A DNA stretch of 64,000 bases from an uncultured Gemmatimonadales bacterium (GCA_963730185.1 CAVSQW010000001.1:88279-152278); one strand, 5' to 3'. Positions 19,273 to 30,888 are shown, counted from the stretch's first letter. The notes: generated by a model not told the origin, from the letters alone. Numbers and translations: made by a program.

Positions 19273-19955
19273 CCGCCCGGGCCACCCCGTACCAGCTGGT
19301 CTTCGAGTCCCTCGGCGCGGATCGGTTTCCGACCCTTCGAGACGCGGTGGTCGCGGCGGGGCACGATCCCCGGGACCGGGAAGCCTTCGTGCTGGTGAAA
19401 GAGGTCGTGGAGCTGCTCCGGGAGCTTCGTCCCGAGGAGGGCATGGGCGAAGCCGTGGACGAGCTGGTGGCCTTCGTTCACGCGGCGTTCGTGTTCTGGC
19501 TCGACGACCGGGCCCTGGTCGAGATCGATCGCGCGGCCCTGGACCGGGCGGTCAGGGGCGAGGTGGCCGGATCGGGCGCGGTCGGAGCCCGGAGCTACTA
19601 CCTCCAGCTTCCCTCGCAGCGGGTCTGGGGGGAGCCGATCGAGGGCCAGCCACCCGAGCCCCTCGACGGCTGGTTCGGGTCGGTCTCCAGCGAGGGAGCC
19701 CGGGTCCTCGCGGTGTTCGGCCTTCATCCCGGGCGGACGGGGTTCACGGCGGTGCAGGTGGACGGTCCCCGGCCTGGACGGCTTGCCCGCCAGGATGGGA
19801 CCCCGCTCTTCGCCCCCCGGCTGGAGGGTGGCCGGGCGGCCGGTCTTCATTCCGTTGCCGGCGCCGAGGAGCTACTCGAGCTCGCCTATCGGTGCCACGC
19901 GCTCCTTGGCCCCGAGGGGCCGGCCCCGGGATCGCAACGGCTCACGGCCGCTTAG
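19269..19955 (+). CDS. Hypothetical protein
   Basis: ATGA overlap with upstream gene; fills the operon gap; GC3-rich codons. Confidence 0.7.
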   Translation: MTARATPYQLVFESLGADRFPTLRDAVVAAGHDPRDREAFVLVKEVVELLRELRPEEGMGEAVDELVAFVHAAFVFWLDDRALVEIDRAALDRAVRGEVAGSGAVGARSYYLQLPSQRVWGEPIEGQPPEPLDGWFGSVSSEGARVLAVFGLHPGRTGFTAVQVDGPRPGRLARQDGTPLFAPRLEGGRAAGLHSVAGAEELLELAYRCHALLGPEGPAPGSQRLTAA

Positions 19956-19968
19956 CTATTATTCGAGG

Positions 19969-21729
19969 GTGCCCTCGTCATCCTCGCCTGTGACCCGTCC
20001 GGCGCTCGACAAGACCGCCGTGGCCCGGGTCCTCGACCAGATCGCGGCCCATCTGGAGCTCCGCGGCGACAATCCGTTCCGGGTTCGCGCCTTTCGCACG
20101 GCGGCCCGGACGGTCACCTCGCTCGCGGGCGAGCCGGCGTCCTGGATGGCGGACGACACCCTGGCCGAGACCCGCGGGATCGGTCCCGCCATTCAGGGGG
20201 TGATCCGCGATCTGATCGCCAGCGGCCGGTCGGAGATGCTGGAGGAGCTCCGGGAGCAGACCCCGCCCGGGCTGGTGGAGATGCTGAGCATCTCCGGCCT
20301 CGGCGTCGCCAAGGTCCGCCAGATTCACGAGCGGCTCGACGTCGATTCGATCCCGGAGCTGGAGGCGGCGGCCCGGGACGGCCGGTTGGCCGGGCTCGCC
20401 GGGTTTGGCCCCCGCACCGCCGACAACGTTCTCCGCGGGATCGCCCGGCTTCGGCAGGTCACCACCTATCGGTTGGCGCACCACGCCCGGGAGGAGGCGG
20501 AACTGATCCGGAGCGCCCTGGCCCGAGTGCCCGGCGTCTCGCGGGCCATCGTCGCGGGCGAGGTCCGCCGAGGGTGCGAGCTGGTTCAGCAGATCGTCGT
20601 GGTGCTGGTGGCCGACGCCTCGCCGGCCGAGATCTTCCGGGCTCTGTCCCAGCTTCCCGGCGTCGACGAGTTCGGCGGCGAGGACGAGCGCCGGGCCACC
20701 CTCCGGTTCGCCGGCGGCGAGAGCGCCCGAATCATGGTGACGCCGGCGGGCAACGTCGGCGCGGTGCTGGTCCACGCTACCGGCAGCGAGCGCCACGTGA
20801 GCTTGCTTCGGGAACGCGGCCTCGAGCGGGGCGTCCGCCTCGACGGGGCCGCGCTCTGGCGGGGAAACGAGTTCGTTCCTACGCCCGATGAAGCGGCGGT
20901 GTACCGGTCGCTCGACCTGCCGCCGATCCCGCCCGAGCTCCGCGAAGGTCTCGACGAGATCGACGTTGCCGAGCGGGGGCTGCCGCGGCTGCTCGAGCCG
21001 AGCGACATCGTCGGGTTGATCCATTGCCACACGAACTACTCCGACGGCAACCTGACGGTCCGGGAGCTGGCGCTGGCGTGTCGGGAGGCCGGGTATCGGT
21101 ACGTGGGGGTGACCGACCACAGTGGTACCGCCGCCTACGTGGGCGGCCTCGGCGACGATGAGATCCGGCGCCAATGGGTGGAGATCGACGCCGCCAACGC
21201 CGAGCTCGAGGGGATCCGGGTCCTGAAGGGCGTCGAGGCCGACATTCTCCCCGACGGACGCCTCGGCTACTCGGAGACGATGTTGGCCGGCTTCGACTTC
21301 GTGATCGCGTCGATCCACAATCGGTTCGAGATGGGCCGGGAAGAGATGACCGGGCGGATCCTGGCCGCGATGGACAATCCGTACGTCGCGATTTTGGGGC
21401 ACCCCACGGGGCGGCTGCTGCTGTCGCGGGAGGCCTATCCTCTCGACCTGGACCGGATCTTCGCCCGGGCCGCCGAGGCGGGGGTCGCGATCGAGATCAA
21501 CGCCGATCCCCAGCGGCTCGATCTGGGGTGGCAGGCGGTTCGTGAGGCTCGTCGGGCCGGGGTCACGATCTCGATCGGGGCCGACGCCCACTCCGCCTCC
21601 GGGCTGAGCAACATGACCTTCGGGGTCGAGGTGGCGCGGAAAGGCTGGCTGGGTCCGGCCGACGTGGTCAATACCCGGTCGGTGGAGGACTTCCTGGCCT
21701 TCGCCCAGCGGAGACGCCATGGCGGGTAA
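19969..21729 (+). CDS. polX: PolX family protein with PHP domain (non-canonical polymerase site)
   Basis: [10 protein letters not shown], HhH GIG and GLG motifs, ATGS, PPELREG; PHP motifs [22 protein letters not shown] and ADAH. Confidence 0.92.
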   Translation: MPSSSSPVTRPALDKTAVARVLDQIAAHLELRGDNPFRVRAFRTAARTVTSLAGEPASWMADDTLAETRGIGPAIQGVIRDLIASGRSEMLEELREQTPPGLVEMLSISGLGVAKVRQIHERLDVDSIPELEAAARDGRLAGLAGFGPRTADNVLRGIARLRQVTTYRLAHHAREEAELIRSALARVPGVSRAIVAGEVRRGCELVQQIVVVLVADASPAEIFRALSQLPGVDEFGGEDERRATLRFAGGESARIMVTPAGNVGAVLVHATGSERHVSLLRERGLERGVRLDGAALWRGNEFVPTPDEAAVYRSLDLPPIPPELREGLDEIDVAERGLPRLLEPSDIVGLIHCHTNYSDGNLTVRELALACREAGYRYVGVTDHSGTAAYVGGLGDDEIRRQWVEIDAANAELEGIRVLKGVEADILPDGRLGYSETMLAGFDFVIASIHNRFEMGREEMTGRILAAMDNPYVAILGHPTGRLLLSREAYPLDLDRIFARAAEAGVAIEINADPQRLDLGWQAVREARRAGVTISIGADAHSASGLSNMTFGVEVARKGWLGPADVVNTRSVEDFLAFAQRRRHGG

Positions 21730-22573
21730 GGCTCGCGGCGGGTCCACGCGGCCCAAGACATCGACCGGGGCCAAGAAGGCCTCCCGCTCCCCCCGGCCCA
21801 AGAAATCGGCCGGCGCCAAGAAGTCCGCCCGCTCCCCGCGGCCGACGGCTCGGGCGAACGCGTCGGCCCGGCGCCAGGGCGCGAAGCGGTCCACCCGGTC
21901 GGCCGGTCTGGCCAAGCGGATGGAGGAGATCCTGGACCGGCTCAAGCGGGCCTATCCGGACGCCCACTGTGCCCTCGACCACCGCACCCCGTACGAGCTC
22001 CTGGTCGCGACCATCCTGTCGGCGCAGTGCACCGACGTCCGGGTCAATCAGGTCACCCCGGCGCTCTTCGCGCGCTATCCGACGCCCGCCGAGCTGGCGG
22101 GAGCGGAGCCGGCGGAGGTCGAGGAGATGATCCGCTCGACCGGGTTCTTCCGGAACAAGACCAAGAGCCTCCTGGGAATGGCGAAGGCGGTGGTGGAACG
22201 GCACGGTGGGGTGGTTCCCCGGACGATGGCGGAGCTCCGGGTCCTGCCGGGTGTCGGCCGGAAGACGGCCAACGTCGTGCTCGGCAACGCCTTTGGGATC
22301 GACGAGGGGATCGTGGTCGACACCCACGTCACCCGGCTGTCCGGCCTGCTCGGTCTGACCCGGGAGACCGACGCCGTGAAGATCGAGCAGGATCTGATGC
22401 GGCTGGTGCCTCGCGACGACTGGACCCTGGTGTCGCACCTCCTGATCTACCACGGTCGGCAGGTGTGCATCGCCCGGCGACCCCGGTGCGATGCCTGCGT
22501 CCTGGCCGATCTCTGCCCTCGGCCTTCAAGGGGGGCGCCGCGAAGAAGAAGAAGGGGCGGAAGGCGGGACTAG
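21719..22573 (+). CDS. nth: Endonuclease III with basic N-terminal extension
   Basis: LSAQCTD, Hh[15 protein letters not shown], Fe-S motif C-x6-C-x2-C-x5-C. Confidence 0.95.
   Translation: MAGKARGGSTRPKTSTGAKKASRSPRPKKSAGAKKSARSPRPTARANASARRQGAKRSTRSAGLAKRMEEILDRLKRAYPDAHCALDHRTPYELLVATILSAQCTDVRVNQVTPALFARYPTPAELAGAEPAEVEEMIRSTGFFRNKTKSLLGMAKAVVERHGGVVPRTMAELRVLPGVGRKTANVVLGNAFGIDEGIVVDTHVTRLSGLLGLTRETDAVKIEQDLMRLVPRDDWTLVSHLLIYHGRQVCIARRPRCDACVLADLCPRPSRGAPRRRRRGGRRD
21767..21846 (+). repeat. Two-copy imperfect coding repeat (GAKK-x2-RSPRP) in the nth N-terminus
   Basis: GGGGCCAAGAAGGCCTCCCGCTCCCCCCGGCCC and GGCGCCAAGAAGTCCGCCCGCTCCCCGCGGCCG. Confidence 0.7.
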
Positions 22574-23214
22574 ATCCCGCCGCCGAGCAGCTTCCGCCAG
22601 ATGCCGCCCGTGGGCTTCATCCCGGTTGGGTACTTCTCCTGAATCTCGACCGACGACAGCAGGGCGTGCCCCCGGACCCTGACCAGCAGGCCGTTGGGCC
22701 GGGCGCCGCGGGCGCTCCGGGTGGAGTGGGTCGAGCTCGACAGGGTCTCTTCGATCTCGTTCTCGACCTGGGTTCCGGCCGGCACGATCAGCCTGAAGGC
22801 TCCGAGCGTGACCCGAACGTCGATGTCGACCAGGTCGGAGCCGAAGACGGCATCGCGAAGGTCGAGCGTGAGCTCGCCCATGATGACGAGCGACCTGAGC
22901 TCGAGCGGTACCGTCCAGGCGCCGGCCCGCTTGGTGGAGGCGAAGACGCTCGAGATCCGGAGGAATTCCGCCGGGCCGACCGGAGCGATCTCGGCCGAGT
23001 CGCGCAGGGCGGGGGCGGGGCCGGAGGGCATGGCGGCCAGGGGATAGGGCGCCGGATCGAGGTCGGCCACGATCGCCTCGAGCGTAGCGACGTTGGGCGC
23101 GTCCTTGATCCGCTCGAATCGCGACTCGAACGACTCGAGCGGCAGTCGATCTTGGGCATGCGCTTCGCAGAGGAGGCGAACGGCCTCGCGTCGGACCTGC
23201 TCCAGCTCGTCCAT
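22570..23214 (-). CDS. DUF1707 (SHOCT-like) plus LiaF/DUF2154-like protein
   Basis: [16 protein letters not shown]...FESR...LVADL-like N-terminus; [10 protein letters not shown] and LIVPAG C-terminus. Confidence 0.8.
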   Translation of the reverse strand: MDELEQVRREAVRLLCEAHAQDRLPLESFESRFERIKDAPNVATLEAIVADLDPAPYPLAAMPSGPAPALRDSAEIAPVGPAEFLRISSVFASTKRAGAWTVPLELRSLVIMGELTLDLRDAVFGSDLVDIDVRVTLGAFRLIVPAGTQVENEIEETLSSSTHSTRSARGARPNGLLVRVRGHALLSSVEIQEKYPTGMKPTGGIWRKLLGGGI

Positions 23215-23265
23215 GGCCCCAATAATAGCGTTGGGAGGGAAACTCGACACCCACTACGTTACGAC

Positions 23266-25353
23266 ATGCCCAACCGCTTGGCGACGTCGCGATCGGCCTA
23301 TCTCCGCTCAGCAGCCGAGCAGCCCGTGGACTGGTATCCGTGGGGTTCGGAGCCGTTCGAGCGGGCCCGGCGCGAAGGCCGCCCGGTCCTGCTCGACATC
23401 GGGGCGGTCTGGTGTCACTGGTGCCACGTCATGGACCGGGAGTCGTACGAAGATCCCGGGATCGCCGCCCTGCTCTCGGAGCGCTACGTCTGCATCAAGG
23501 TCGACCGGGACGAACGACCCGACGTGGATGCCCGGTACCAGCGGGCCGTCCAGGGGTTGACGGGTCAGGGTGGCTGGCCGCTGACGGCTTTTCTCACCGC
23601 CGAGGCCGATGTGTTCTACGGAGGGACCTACTTCCCGCCCGATGGCCGGTACGGCCGGCCGGGCTTTCGCTCGGTGCTGGGTCGGGTCGCCGATCAATAC
23701 CGCGACTCCGAACGCCAGGTCGGCGACCAGGCCGCCCGGGTCCGGGCCTTCGTACGCGAGCAGCTGGACGAAGCCGGACCGGGCGACTGGGACGTGAGCC
23801 TCCTGGCCCAGGCCACCGACCAGATCCTGAGCGTCGCCGATCGGAAGCACGGCGGGTTCGGTCACCGACCGAAGTTTCCCCATCCAGCCGCGACGACCCT
23901 GCTCCTTCACGCCTGGCACGCCAGGCCGACTGAGGCGCTCCACCACGTCGTGGTCCGGACCCTGGACGGCATGGCGGACGGCGGCTTCCGCGATCAGCTG
24001 GGCGGCGGCTTTCATCGCTACAGCACCGACGAGACGTGGCTCGTCCCCCATTTCGAGAAGATGAGCCACGACAACTCGGAGCTGCTCCGAGCCTATGCGG
24101 TCGCGAGCGTGGCCCTCGCCGAGCCCCGGTTCGGCGAGGTGGCCCGGGAGACGATTCGGTGGGTGCGTGAGGTGCTCGCCGACCCGGGAGGCGGCTACGG
24201 CGCCAGCCAGGATGCCGACCAGGGGCCGGAGGACGACGGCGACTACTTCACTTGGTCGGTCGGGGAGGTCGACCGGACCCTGCCCGAGGACGAAGCGAAG
24301 GTCGCGATCATGCGCTTCGGCCTCGGGACCGGCGGCCGGATGCCCCATGACCCGTCGCGGAACGTGCTCTTCCTGGCGGAGTCGGTGCCGGGCGTGGCGG
24401 AGCGCGCCGGCCTGGCGACGGACGCGGTGGCGAGGCTGCTGACCGCCGCCGTCGAGCGGCTCCGCGAAGCCCGGGCCCGCCGGCCGACCCCCTACGTCGA
24501 TCGCACCCGGTACGCGGCTTGGAACGCCATGATGGCGGGAGCGCTGATCCAGTCCGGACCGATGGTGGACGACGGCTGGGCGCTCCGGCACGGGCTGGCC
24601 AGCCTCGGTCGATTGCGGCGGGAGCAGACGGACGGTCCTCGGGTGCGGCACGGTGATGGTCAGGCGGTCGGTCTTCTCGACGACCAGATGCAGGCCGCGC
24701 TGGCCGCGATCGACGCCTACGAGGCCACCGGCGACGCCGGCTGGCTCGACTGGGCCGAGTCGCTGGCCGGCTGGGCGGCCGGCGCGCTCTGGGACCCCGA
24801 AGGCAGTGGGTTCTTCGACCGCCCGCCCGACGCCGAGGCGACCGGACTCCTGGCGGCGCGGGCCCGGCCGATCCAGGACAATCCCACCCCGTCCGGAAAC
24901 GGCGTGGCCGGCCTGGTGCTGAGCCGGCTCCACGAGCTCACCGGCGAGCCGCGGTGGCGCGAGATGCGGGACCGCCTGTTGGCGGCGTTCGCCGGGCGGG
25001 CTCGCGAGCTGGGGCTGTTCGCGGCCACCTATCTTCTAGTCCTGGACTGGGCGGTTCGTCCGGTCACCCAGCTGGTGGTGACCGGACCGGCCGGCGATCC
25101 GGCGGCCGAGCTGATGCATCGGGAGGCCCTCCGGACCTTCGTGCCCCGGCGGGTCGTGGTGCGGATGACGCCCGACACACCGGCCCGGATCGGGGCCACC
25201 GGCCCGGTGGGCGACCTGGCCCGCGACCGGGGCCGGGTGACCGGCTACGTCTGCACGGGCGCGACCTGTCTCGCTCCGGCGGCTACGCCGGCCGAGTGGC
25301 GCGAGCGGCTCGGGGCGGCGGGCGCCGTTCCGGGGGCCGTCGCGCCGCAGTAA
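23266..25353 (+). CDS. Thioredoxin-domain protein YyaL/SPATA20 (DUF255)
   Basis: [41 protein letters not shown] and PHFEKM motifs. Confidence 0.93.
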   Translation: MPNRLATSRSAYLRSAAEQPVDWYPWGSEPFERARREGRPVLLDIGAVWCHWCHVMDRESYEDPGIAALLSERYVCIKVDRDERPDVDARYQRAVQGLTGQGGWPLTAFLTAEADVFYGGTYFPPDGRYGRPGFRSVLGRVADQYRDSERQVGDQAARVRAFVREQLDEAGPGDWDVSLLAQATDQILSVADRKHGGFGHRPKFPHPAATTLLLHAWHARPTEALHHVVVRTLDGMADGGFRDQLGGGFHRYSTDETWLVPHFEKMSHDNSELLRAYAVASVALAEPRFGEVARETIRWVREVLADPGGGYGASQDADQGPEDDGDYFTWSVGEVDRTLPEDEAKVAIMRFGLGTGGRMPHDPSRNVLFLAESVPGVAERAGLATDAVARLLTAAVERLREARARRPTPYVDRTRYAAWNAMMAGALIQSGPMVDDGWALRHGLASLGRLRREQTDGPRVRHGDGQAVGLLDDQMQAALAAIDAYEATGDAGWLDWAESLAGWAAGALWDPEGSGFFDRPPDAEATGLLAARARPIQDNPTPSGNGVAGLVLSRLHELTGEPRWREMRDRLLAAFAGRARELGLFAATYLLVLDWAVRPVTQLVVTGPAGDPAAELMHREALRTFVPRRVVVRMTPDTPARIGATGPVGDLARDRGRVTGYVCTGATCLAPAATPAEWRERLGAAGAVPGAVAPQ

Positions 25354-25385
25354 CTTCCTCGAACTTCCATCGGAGCGAACCCAGC

Positions 25386-25832
25386 GTGAAGACGGCCACG
25401 ATCGAGACGGACAAGGGCACCATTACCGCGGAACTCTTCGACACGGAGGTTCCCGACACCGTCGCGAACTTCGAGAAGCTCGCCAACGACGGGTTTTACG
25501 ACGGCACCCGGTTCCACCGGGTGATTTCGGACTTCATGATTCAGGGCGGCGACCCCCACTCCAAGGACCCGAGCGACCCCCGGGTGGGGACCGGCGGCCC
25601 CGGGTACCAGATCAAGTGCGAGTGGCAGAAGAACACCCACAAGCACGCGGCCGGATCGTTGTCGATGGCGCATGCCGGCAGGGACACCGGCGGGAGCCAG
25701 TTCTTCATCTGCCATAGCCCTCAGCCGCACCTGGACCGCAAGCACACGGTCTTCGGACAGGTCACCTCGGGCATGGACGTGGTCAACGCGATTCGGAAGG
25801 ACGACCAGGTCACCTCGATTCGCGTGAGCTGA
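25386..25832 (+). CDS. Cyclophilin-type peptidyl-prolyl isomerase
   Basis: FHRVI, FMIQGGD, SMAHAG, GSQFFI and HTVFG motifs. Confidence 0.96.
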   Translation: MKTATIETDKGTITAELFDTEVPDTVANFEKLANDGFYDGTRFHRVISDFMIQGGDPHSKDPSDPRVGTGGPGYQIKCEWQKNTHKHAAGSLSMAHAGRDTGGSQFFICHSPQPHLDRKHTVFGQVTSGMDVVNAIRKDDQVTSIRVS

Positions 25833-26252
25833 GTGCACGTCGACTTCGCCGTCCTCGCCGACTACGCCCTGATCGACCAGCAGGGGAAGCTTTCGGTGCT
25901 CGGTATCTTTCAGCACGTGTGGGTGGCCCAGTTCCCCGCCGTGCATCCCCGGACCCACCTCGTCCTTCGGGTCCGGGGCCGGCGGACCGAGATCGGCGAC
26001 CACCGGATCCAGATTCGGTTCGTGGACGCCGAGGGGAAGGAGCTGATCGGCGGAGAAGGGACGGTCCAGTTCGGCGAGCCGCCCGCGGGCGTGACGGAGG
26101 TGGAGGCGGGGGCGGTGCTGGTGTTCGACGTGCCCTTGGCGGCGGCCGGGACGTACGCCTTCGAGATCACGCTGGGAGACCGCGTGCTGACGGTCCCCCT
26201 GTCGGCCTCGCTGCTCCCGCCCCAGGACTCCGGACCGGGTTCCGTCGGATGA
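25833..26252 (+). CDS. Hypothetical beta-sandwich protein (DUF6941-like)
   Basis: LADYA..GKLSVLGIF...FP...G.Y pattern; operonic position. Confidence 0.7.
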   Translation: MHVDFAVLADYALIDQQGKLSVLGIFQHVWVAQFPAVHPRTHLVLRVRGRRTEIGDHRIQIRFVDAEGKELIGGEGTVQFGEPPAGVTEVEAGAVLVFDVPLAAAGTYAFEITLGDRVLTVPLSASLLPPQDSGPGSVG

Positions 26253-26836
26253 CGATGCCGTTCACTCGCGACGAGGCGCTCGCGCTGATGCACGAGTACA
26301 CCGCCTCGGACGCCCTCCGGAAGCACATGTACGCGGTCGAGATCGCCATGCGGGCCATGGCGGAGAAGCACGACGCCGACCCCGACGCCTGGGGGATCGT
26401 GGGTTTGCTCCACGATTTCGACTACGAGCGATTCCCGAACGCCGCTCGCTCTCCCACGGCCGAGCACCCCAGCGAGGGCGTCCGGATCCTGGCCGGGATG
26501 GGATTCCCCGAGGAGGCGCAGCGGGCCGTTCTGGGACACGCCGCCTACACCGGCGTGCCGCGGGAAACGCCGATGGCCCGGGCGCTCTTCGCGGTCGACG
26601 AGCTCTCCGGCTTCCTGGTGGCGTGTGCCCTGGTCCGGCCCTCCCGCTCGCTCGCCGACCTCGAGGTCAAGAGCGTCAAGAAGAAGCTCAAGGACAAGGC
26701 GTTCGCCCGCGGGGTGAGCCGCGAGGACGTCCACCAGAGCATCGACGAGCTCGGCGTCCCGCTGGACGAGCACATCGCCTTCGTCATCGCCGCGCTCCGG
26801 CCCCACGAACGGGTGCTCGGACTCGGCGGTCCGTGA
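26249..26836 (+). CDS. HD-superfamily metal-dependent phosphohydrolase
   Basis: KHMYAV, GLLHDFDYE, AVDELSG and KAFARGV motifs. Confidence 0.88.
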   Translation: MTMPFTRDEALALMHEYTASDALRKHMYAVEIAMRAMAEKHDADPDAWGIVGLLHDFDYERFPNAARSPTAEHPSEGVRILAGMGFPEEAQRAVLGHAAYTGVPRETPMARALFAVDELSGFLVACALVRPSRSLADLEVKSVKKKLKDKAFARGVSREDVHQSIDELGVPLDEHIAFVIAALRPHERVLGLGGP

Positions 26837-28254
26837 CCGGGAGCGTCCGGCCCCAACTCCTGATCGCCGGCGCCGTCGAGCGGGCTCTCGATCGGGCCGC
26901 CGGCGGGCGGCCGATTCCGGGCAATCGGGTCGAGCCCTTGTTCGACGGGCCGGGCACCTTCGAGGCGATGCTCGAGTTGATCGCCTCCGCCCGCCGCTGG
27001 ATTCACTTCGACAACTACATCTTCCGCGACGACGCCACCGGGCGGCGGTTCGCCGACGCGCTGGCCGCCCGAGCGGCCGACGGCCTCGCGGTCCGACTGA
27101 TGAGCGACTGGCTGGGCTCCGCGGGCACGGGCCGGCGGTTCTGGCACGACCTGGAGCGACGGGGCGTCTCGGTCCGGCTCTTCAATCGGCCCCGGGTGCT
27201 GGATTTCCCCTCGCTGCTGAGTCGGAATCATCGGAAGGTGGTGGTGGCCGATGGGGCCCGGGCCATCGTGGGCGGGCTCTGCATCGGCAACGAGTGGGCC
27301 GGCGATCCGGCGCGGGGACGGCTACCCTGGCGCGACACCGCCGCCTTGATCGAGGGTCCGGCCGCGGCGGCCGTGGACCGGGCCTTCGCCAACCTCTGGC
27401 AGGTGGTGGGCGACCCGGTTGGCCCCGACGAGTTTGCCGGCACGGTCGAGGAGGCCGGGCGGGCCGAGGTCCGGGTCATGGCCGGCGAGCCGGTGCGGGA
27501 GCGGGCCTACCGGGTGGCGGAGTGGCTGCTGGCCGCGGCGGGGGAGCGGGTCTGGATCACGGACGCCTATCTGGTCGCTCCCCGTCGCCTGTACCGCTAT
27601 TTGATCGACGCCGCGCGGGAGGGCGTCGACGTCCGCCTGCTCGTGCCGGGCACCAGCGACATTCCGCTGGTCCGGAACCTGACCCGGTTCGGCTATCGCG
27701 ATCTGCTCCGGGCCGGGGTCCGGATCTTCGAGTGGACCGGCCCGATGCTCCATGCCAAGACCGTGGTGGCCGACAACCGCTGGGTCCGGATCGGATCGAG
27801 CAACATGAACCACTCCAGCCTGTTCGGGAACTACGAGCTGGACATTCTGACCGACGACGTGGCCCTGGCGGACCAGATGGAAGCCCAGTTCCGCCGCGAT
27901 CTGGACCGGAGCGCCGAGGTGTTGATCCGGCCGGTCCGGGCACCCCGGCGACTCCAACGGGCCTTGCCGGCAGCCCTCCAGATCGAGGGGCCGGACGAGG
28001 GGCCGAGCCATCGCAAGGGGCTCCGAGAGCGGCGGGGCCGGTCCGTGCTCGCCGTTCGGACCCTGGTGGCCGGGGCGCGCCTGGCGGTGTTCGGCCCCCT
28101 GAGCCTGATCCTGGCGGCTCTCGGAACCCTGTTTTTCGTGATCCCTGGGGTCATGTCCGTGCTCTTCGGGATCCTCACCCTCTGGCTTGCCGCCGTGACC
28201 GGCGCCGAGGCCCTCCGGCGGCGAAGCGAGGCTCGGGGGACCGGGGGAGGCTAG
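26833..28254 (+). CDS. Cardiolipin synthase (ClsB-like PLD) with C-terminal TM pair
   Basis: Two HKD motifs: HRKVVVAD and HAKTVVAD...GSSN; WRDT. Confidence 0.9.
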   Translation: MTGSVRPQLLIAGAVERALDRAAGGRPIPGNRVEPLFDGPGTFEAMLELIASARRWIHFDNYIFRDDATGRRFADALAARAADGLAVRLMSDWLGSAGTGRRFWHDLERRGVSVRLFNRPRVLDFPSLLSRNHRKVVVADGARAIVGGLCIGNEWAGDPARGRLPWRDTAALIEGPAAAAVDRAFANLWQVVGDPVGPDEFAGTVEEAGRAEVRVMAGEPVRERAYRVAEWLLAAAGERVWITDAYLVAPRRLYRYLIDAAREGVDVRLLVPGTSDIPLVRNLTRFGYRDLLRAGVRIFEWTGPMLHAKTVVADNRWVRIGSSNMNHSSLFGNYELDILTDDVALADQMEAQFRRDLDRSAEVLIRPVRAPRRLQRALPAALQIEGPDEGPSHRKGLRERRGRSVLAVRTLVAGARLAVFGPLSLILAALGTLFFVIPGVMSVLFGILTLWLAAVTGAEALRRRSEARGTGGG

Positions 28255-28272
28255 CCCCCGGTTCAAGCCCCT

Positions 28273-28298
28273 TCAACGGACCGCCTCCCTGACGCGTA
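28273..28298 (+). promoter_or_regulatory. Putative autoregulatory ECF promoter
   Basis: TCAAC-N17-CGTA, GTG start 8 nt downstream. Confidence 0.6.
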
Positions 28299-28306
28299 CT
28301 ACCACC

Positions 28307-28849
28307 GTGAGTGACTCGCAGCTGGCCTTCGACGCAAGCCGGGGCGACAGAGAGGCTTTCGGCCGTCTCGTGCTGGAGCACGCCCTCCAAGCGCGTCGGG
28401 TGGCGTACTCGGTGCTCGGCAACTGGGAGGACGCGGAGGACGTGGTCCAAGAGGCGGCGTTGGCGGCCTGGGACGCGGTGGAGCGCTACGACCCCACGCG
28501 AGCGTTCCGACCCTGGTTTCTCCGGATCGTCGCCAATGCGGCCCTGGACCAGGTCCGCCGGCGGAAGGTGCGACGGGCGGAGGCGCTGAGCGACACGCTC
28601 CCGCACCGAGGCCCCACGCCCGAGGACGAGGCCGAGCGGGCCTTGCTGCGTGGGCACCTGGATCGGGCCCTGGCCGGGCTGCCGGAGCGACAGAGAATGG
28701 CGGTCGTGATGTTCGACGTGGAGGGGATGAGCCACGCGGAGATCGCCGGATCCATGGGGGTGCCCGAGGGCACCGTTCGGTCGTACGTGTTTCACGCGCG
28801 TCGGGCGCTCAGGAAGGCGCTCGGCGCCTTGGTGGAGGAACCAGCATGA
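28307..28849 (+). CDS. ECF sigma-70 factor
   Basis: DAEDVVQEA, FRPWFLRI, LPERQR and EIAGSMGVPEGTVRS motifs. Confidence 0.95.
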   Translation: MSDSQLAFDASRGDREAFGRLVLEHALQARRVAYSVLGNWEDAEDVVQEAALAAWDAVERYDPTRAFRPWFLRIVANAALDQVRRRKVRRAEALSDTLPHRGPTPEDEAERALLRGHLDRALAGLPERQRMAVVMFDVEGMSHAEIAGSMGVPEGTVRSYVFHARRALRKALGALVEEPA

Positions 28850-29196
28850 GGACGCAATCCCCCTTTGGCGGTGCGCCGGACGACGAGCTCGGCCGGCTCC
28901 TGCGGGATGAGTTGGAGGGGCCGGATCCCAGTGGCTTTCTCCGGCGGTTGGGCGAGCGGTTGGCGGTACTTCCGGAGCGGGACACCCAGTGGGATGTCCT
29001 GGCGCACTGGGCCCGACCGCCCGTGCTGGTGGCGGCGGCGCTGATGGCCTTTCTGCTCGGCGCCACCCTGCTGCAGACCTGGCGGGCGCACGACGGGCCG
29101 TCACCCTCGGTGGCGACGGTCCCGGCCACGATGTTCGTGGCGCCGACCGCCGTCGACCGCAACCCGGTCCTGTACGCCGTGTTGGAGGAGCGATGA
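28846..29196 (+). CDS. Putative small anti-sigma factor
   Basis: ATGA overlap with the ECF gene; single TM. Confidence 0.65.
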   Translation: MRTQSPFGGAPDDELGRLLRDELEGPDPSGFLRRLGERLAVLPERDTQWDVLAHWARPPVLVAAALMAFLLGATLLQTWRAHDGPSPSVATVPATMFVAPTAVDRNPVLYAVLEER

Positions 29197-29585
29197 GCAA
29201 GTCCCGGTTGGTGGCGGGCGGATTGCTCGCCGTGACGTTCGCGCTCGGCGCGCTGGCCGGTGGTGCCGCGACGATGGTCGCGGACCGGACCGGACATCAC
29301 CGGGGCGATCCGTATTCGCCGCCGTCGTACGCCAGTCGTCTGGCGGAAGACCTCGGTCTGGCACCCGAGCAGGAGGCCAAGGTGGTCGAAGTGCTCGAGC
29401 GCCATCAGCCGGCCATGGACTCGATCTGGGCCCAGGTCGGCTCGCAGTTCGACGCGGAGCGCCAGACCCTCCGGCGCGACATCCGCGCCCTTCTCACCCC
29501 GGACCAGCAGGCCAAGTACCAGACCATGCTGGCCCGACTCGACAGCCTCAGGCGGAATCGTGGAAAGCGGCATGCCTCGCATTGA
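29193..29585 (+). CDS. Spy/CpxP/ZraP-like periplasmic protein
   Basis: N-terminal anchor; LGLAPEQ and LLTPDQ (LTXXQ-like) motifs. Confidence 0.75.
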   Translation: MSKSRLVAGGLLAVTFALGALAGGAATMVADRTGHHRGDPYSPPSYASRLAEDLGLAPEQEAKVVEVLERHQPAMDSIWAQVGSQFDAERQTLRRDIRALLTPDQQAKYQTMLARLDSLRRNRGKRHASH

Positions 29586-30888
29586 TAAACTGACGGTGAT
29601 CCTCGCGGCCGCGGCCCTGTCGTGGACCGCACCGGTTCGGGCCCAGCAAGCGGCGCCGCCGACCATCACGCTCCAGGAGGCGATCCAGCGAGCGGAGCTG
29701 GCGCAGCCGGGCGTGGTGCAGGCGATCGGCGCGGTGACCAACGCCGACGCCCGGATCCGCTCGGCGAAGGGCGCCTGGCTCCCCAGCCTGAGCTTGTCCA
29801 GCTCGGCGAACAACTTCTTTTCCGAAGGCCAGCGGATCGATCCGACCACTGGGCAGCTGGTGGCGAACAACTCGACCAACACGAGCATCAACGGCACCTT
29901 GCGGTCCAGCCTCACGCTCTTCGATGGGTTCCAGCGGAGCGCCGACAGCAAGGCGGCCAAGGCCACCCGCGAGTCGGCTGCCGAGTCGCTCGACAACGCC
30001 CGGTTCCAGCAGGCGCTCACGACCACCAACACGTTCTTCGATGTGTTGGCGGCGGTCCAGCTGACCAAAGTCCGCGAGGCCAGCGTCCGGCTGGCTCAGG
30101 AGCAGCTCAACGTCTCGATCGCCCGGCTCAGGGCGGGGGCGGCGATCCGCTCGGACTCGCTTCGTTCGCTGGTCAACCTGGGCAGCGCTCGGGTCCAGCT
30201 GATTCAGGCCCAAACCCAGCAGGCCACCGCCGAAGCGAACCTGGGTCGGCAAGTCGGCGCTGATGGACCGGTCGCGGCCCAGGACGATTCGACGTTCTAC
30301 GAGGTCATCCCGACCGTCGACACCGCGGCCCTGCAGGTCGAGGCAGTCAACCGGTCGCCCCAGGTCCGGGCCGCGGAGGCCTCGGCCAAGGCGGCCCGGG
30401 TGTCGGTGACGGCTTCGAAGGCCAGCTACTGGCCGTCGGTCCAGCTCAACGGCTCGTTTCAGATGAACGGCAGCGGCCAGAACAGCTACAATTTCCTGCA
30501 GCAGCGCCAGGCGGCGCTTCAGCTCAGCTGGACCCTGTTCAACGGGTTCCAGCGGGAGCAGACGGTGGCGGCCCAGCGGGTGTCGGCCGACAACGCCGAG
30601 GCGGCGTCCGCCGACACCCGCCGGCAGGTTCAGGCCAACCTGACCACCGCCCTGGCGTCGCTCGAGTCGGCGCGGGTCCGAATTGGCATCGCCCGGACCA
30701 GCGTGCAGGCGGCCACCGAGGATCTCCGGGTCCAGCAGGAGCGGTATCGGCTCGGGGTGGCGACCATCGTGGACGTGCTCACCTCGCAGACCTCGCTCAC
30801 CCAGGCGCAGGTCGACGAAGTGAACGCCCGGTTCGACTACCTTCGCGCCCGGGCTCAGATCGAGGCCCTGATCGGACGAAAGCTATGA
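29572..30888 (+). CDS. TolC family outer-membrane efflux protein
   Basis: Signal peptide; duplicated WLPSLSL/YWPSVQL...[23 protein letters not shown]. Confidence 0.92.
   Translation: MPRIDKLTVILAAAALSWTAPVRAQQAAPPTITLQEAIQRAELAQPGVVQAIGAVTNADARIRSAKGAWLPSLSLSSSANNFFSEGQRIDPTTGQLVANNSTNTSINGTLRSSLTLFDGFQRSADSKAAKATRESAAESLDNARFQQALTTTNTFFDVLAAVQLTKVREASVRLAQEQLNVSIARLRAGAAIRSDSLRSLVNLGSARVQLIQAQTQQATAEANLGRQVGADGPVAAQDDSTFYEVIPTVDTAALQVEAVNRSPQVRAAEASAKAARVSVTASKASYWPSVQLNGSFQMNGSGQNSYNFLQQRQAALQLSWTLFNGFQREQTVAAQRVSADNAEAASADTRRQVQANLTTALASLESARVRIGIARTSVQAATEDLRVQQERYRLGVATIVDVLTSQTSLTQAQVDEVNARFDYLRARAQIEALIGRKL

Noticed and set aside
22027..25353. 1108-aa ORF suggesting a giant fusion
   Set aside because: Only 23266 onward is YyaL; the upstream part is an off-frame read of nth and the antisense of the DUF1707 gene, open because of high GC.
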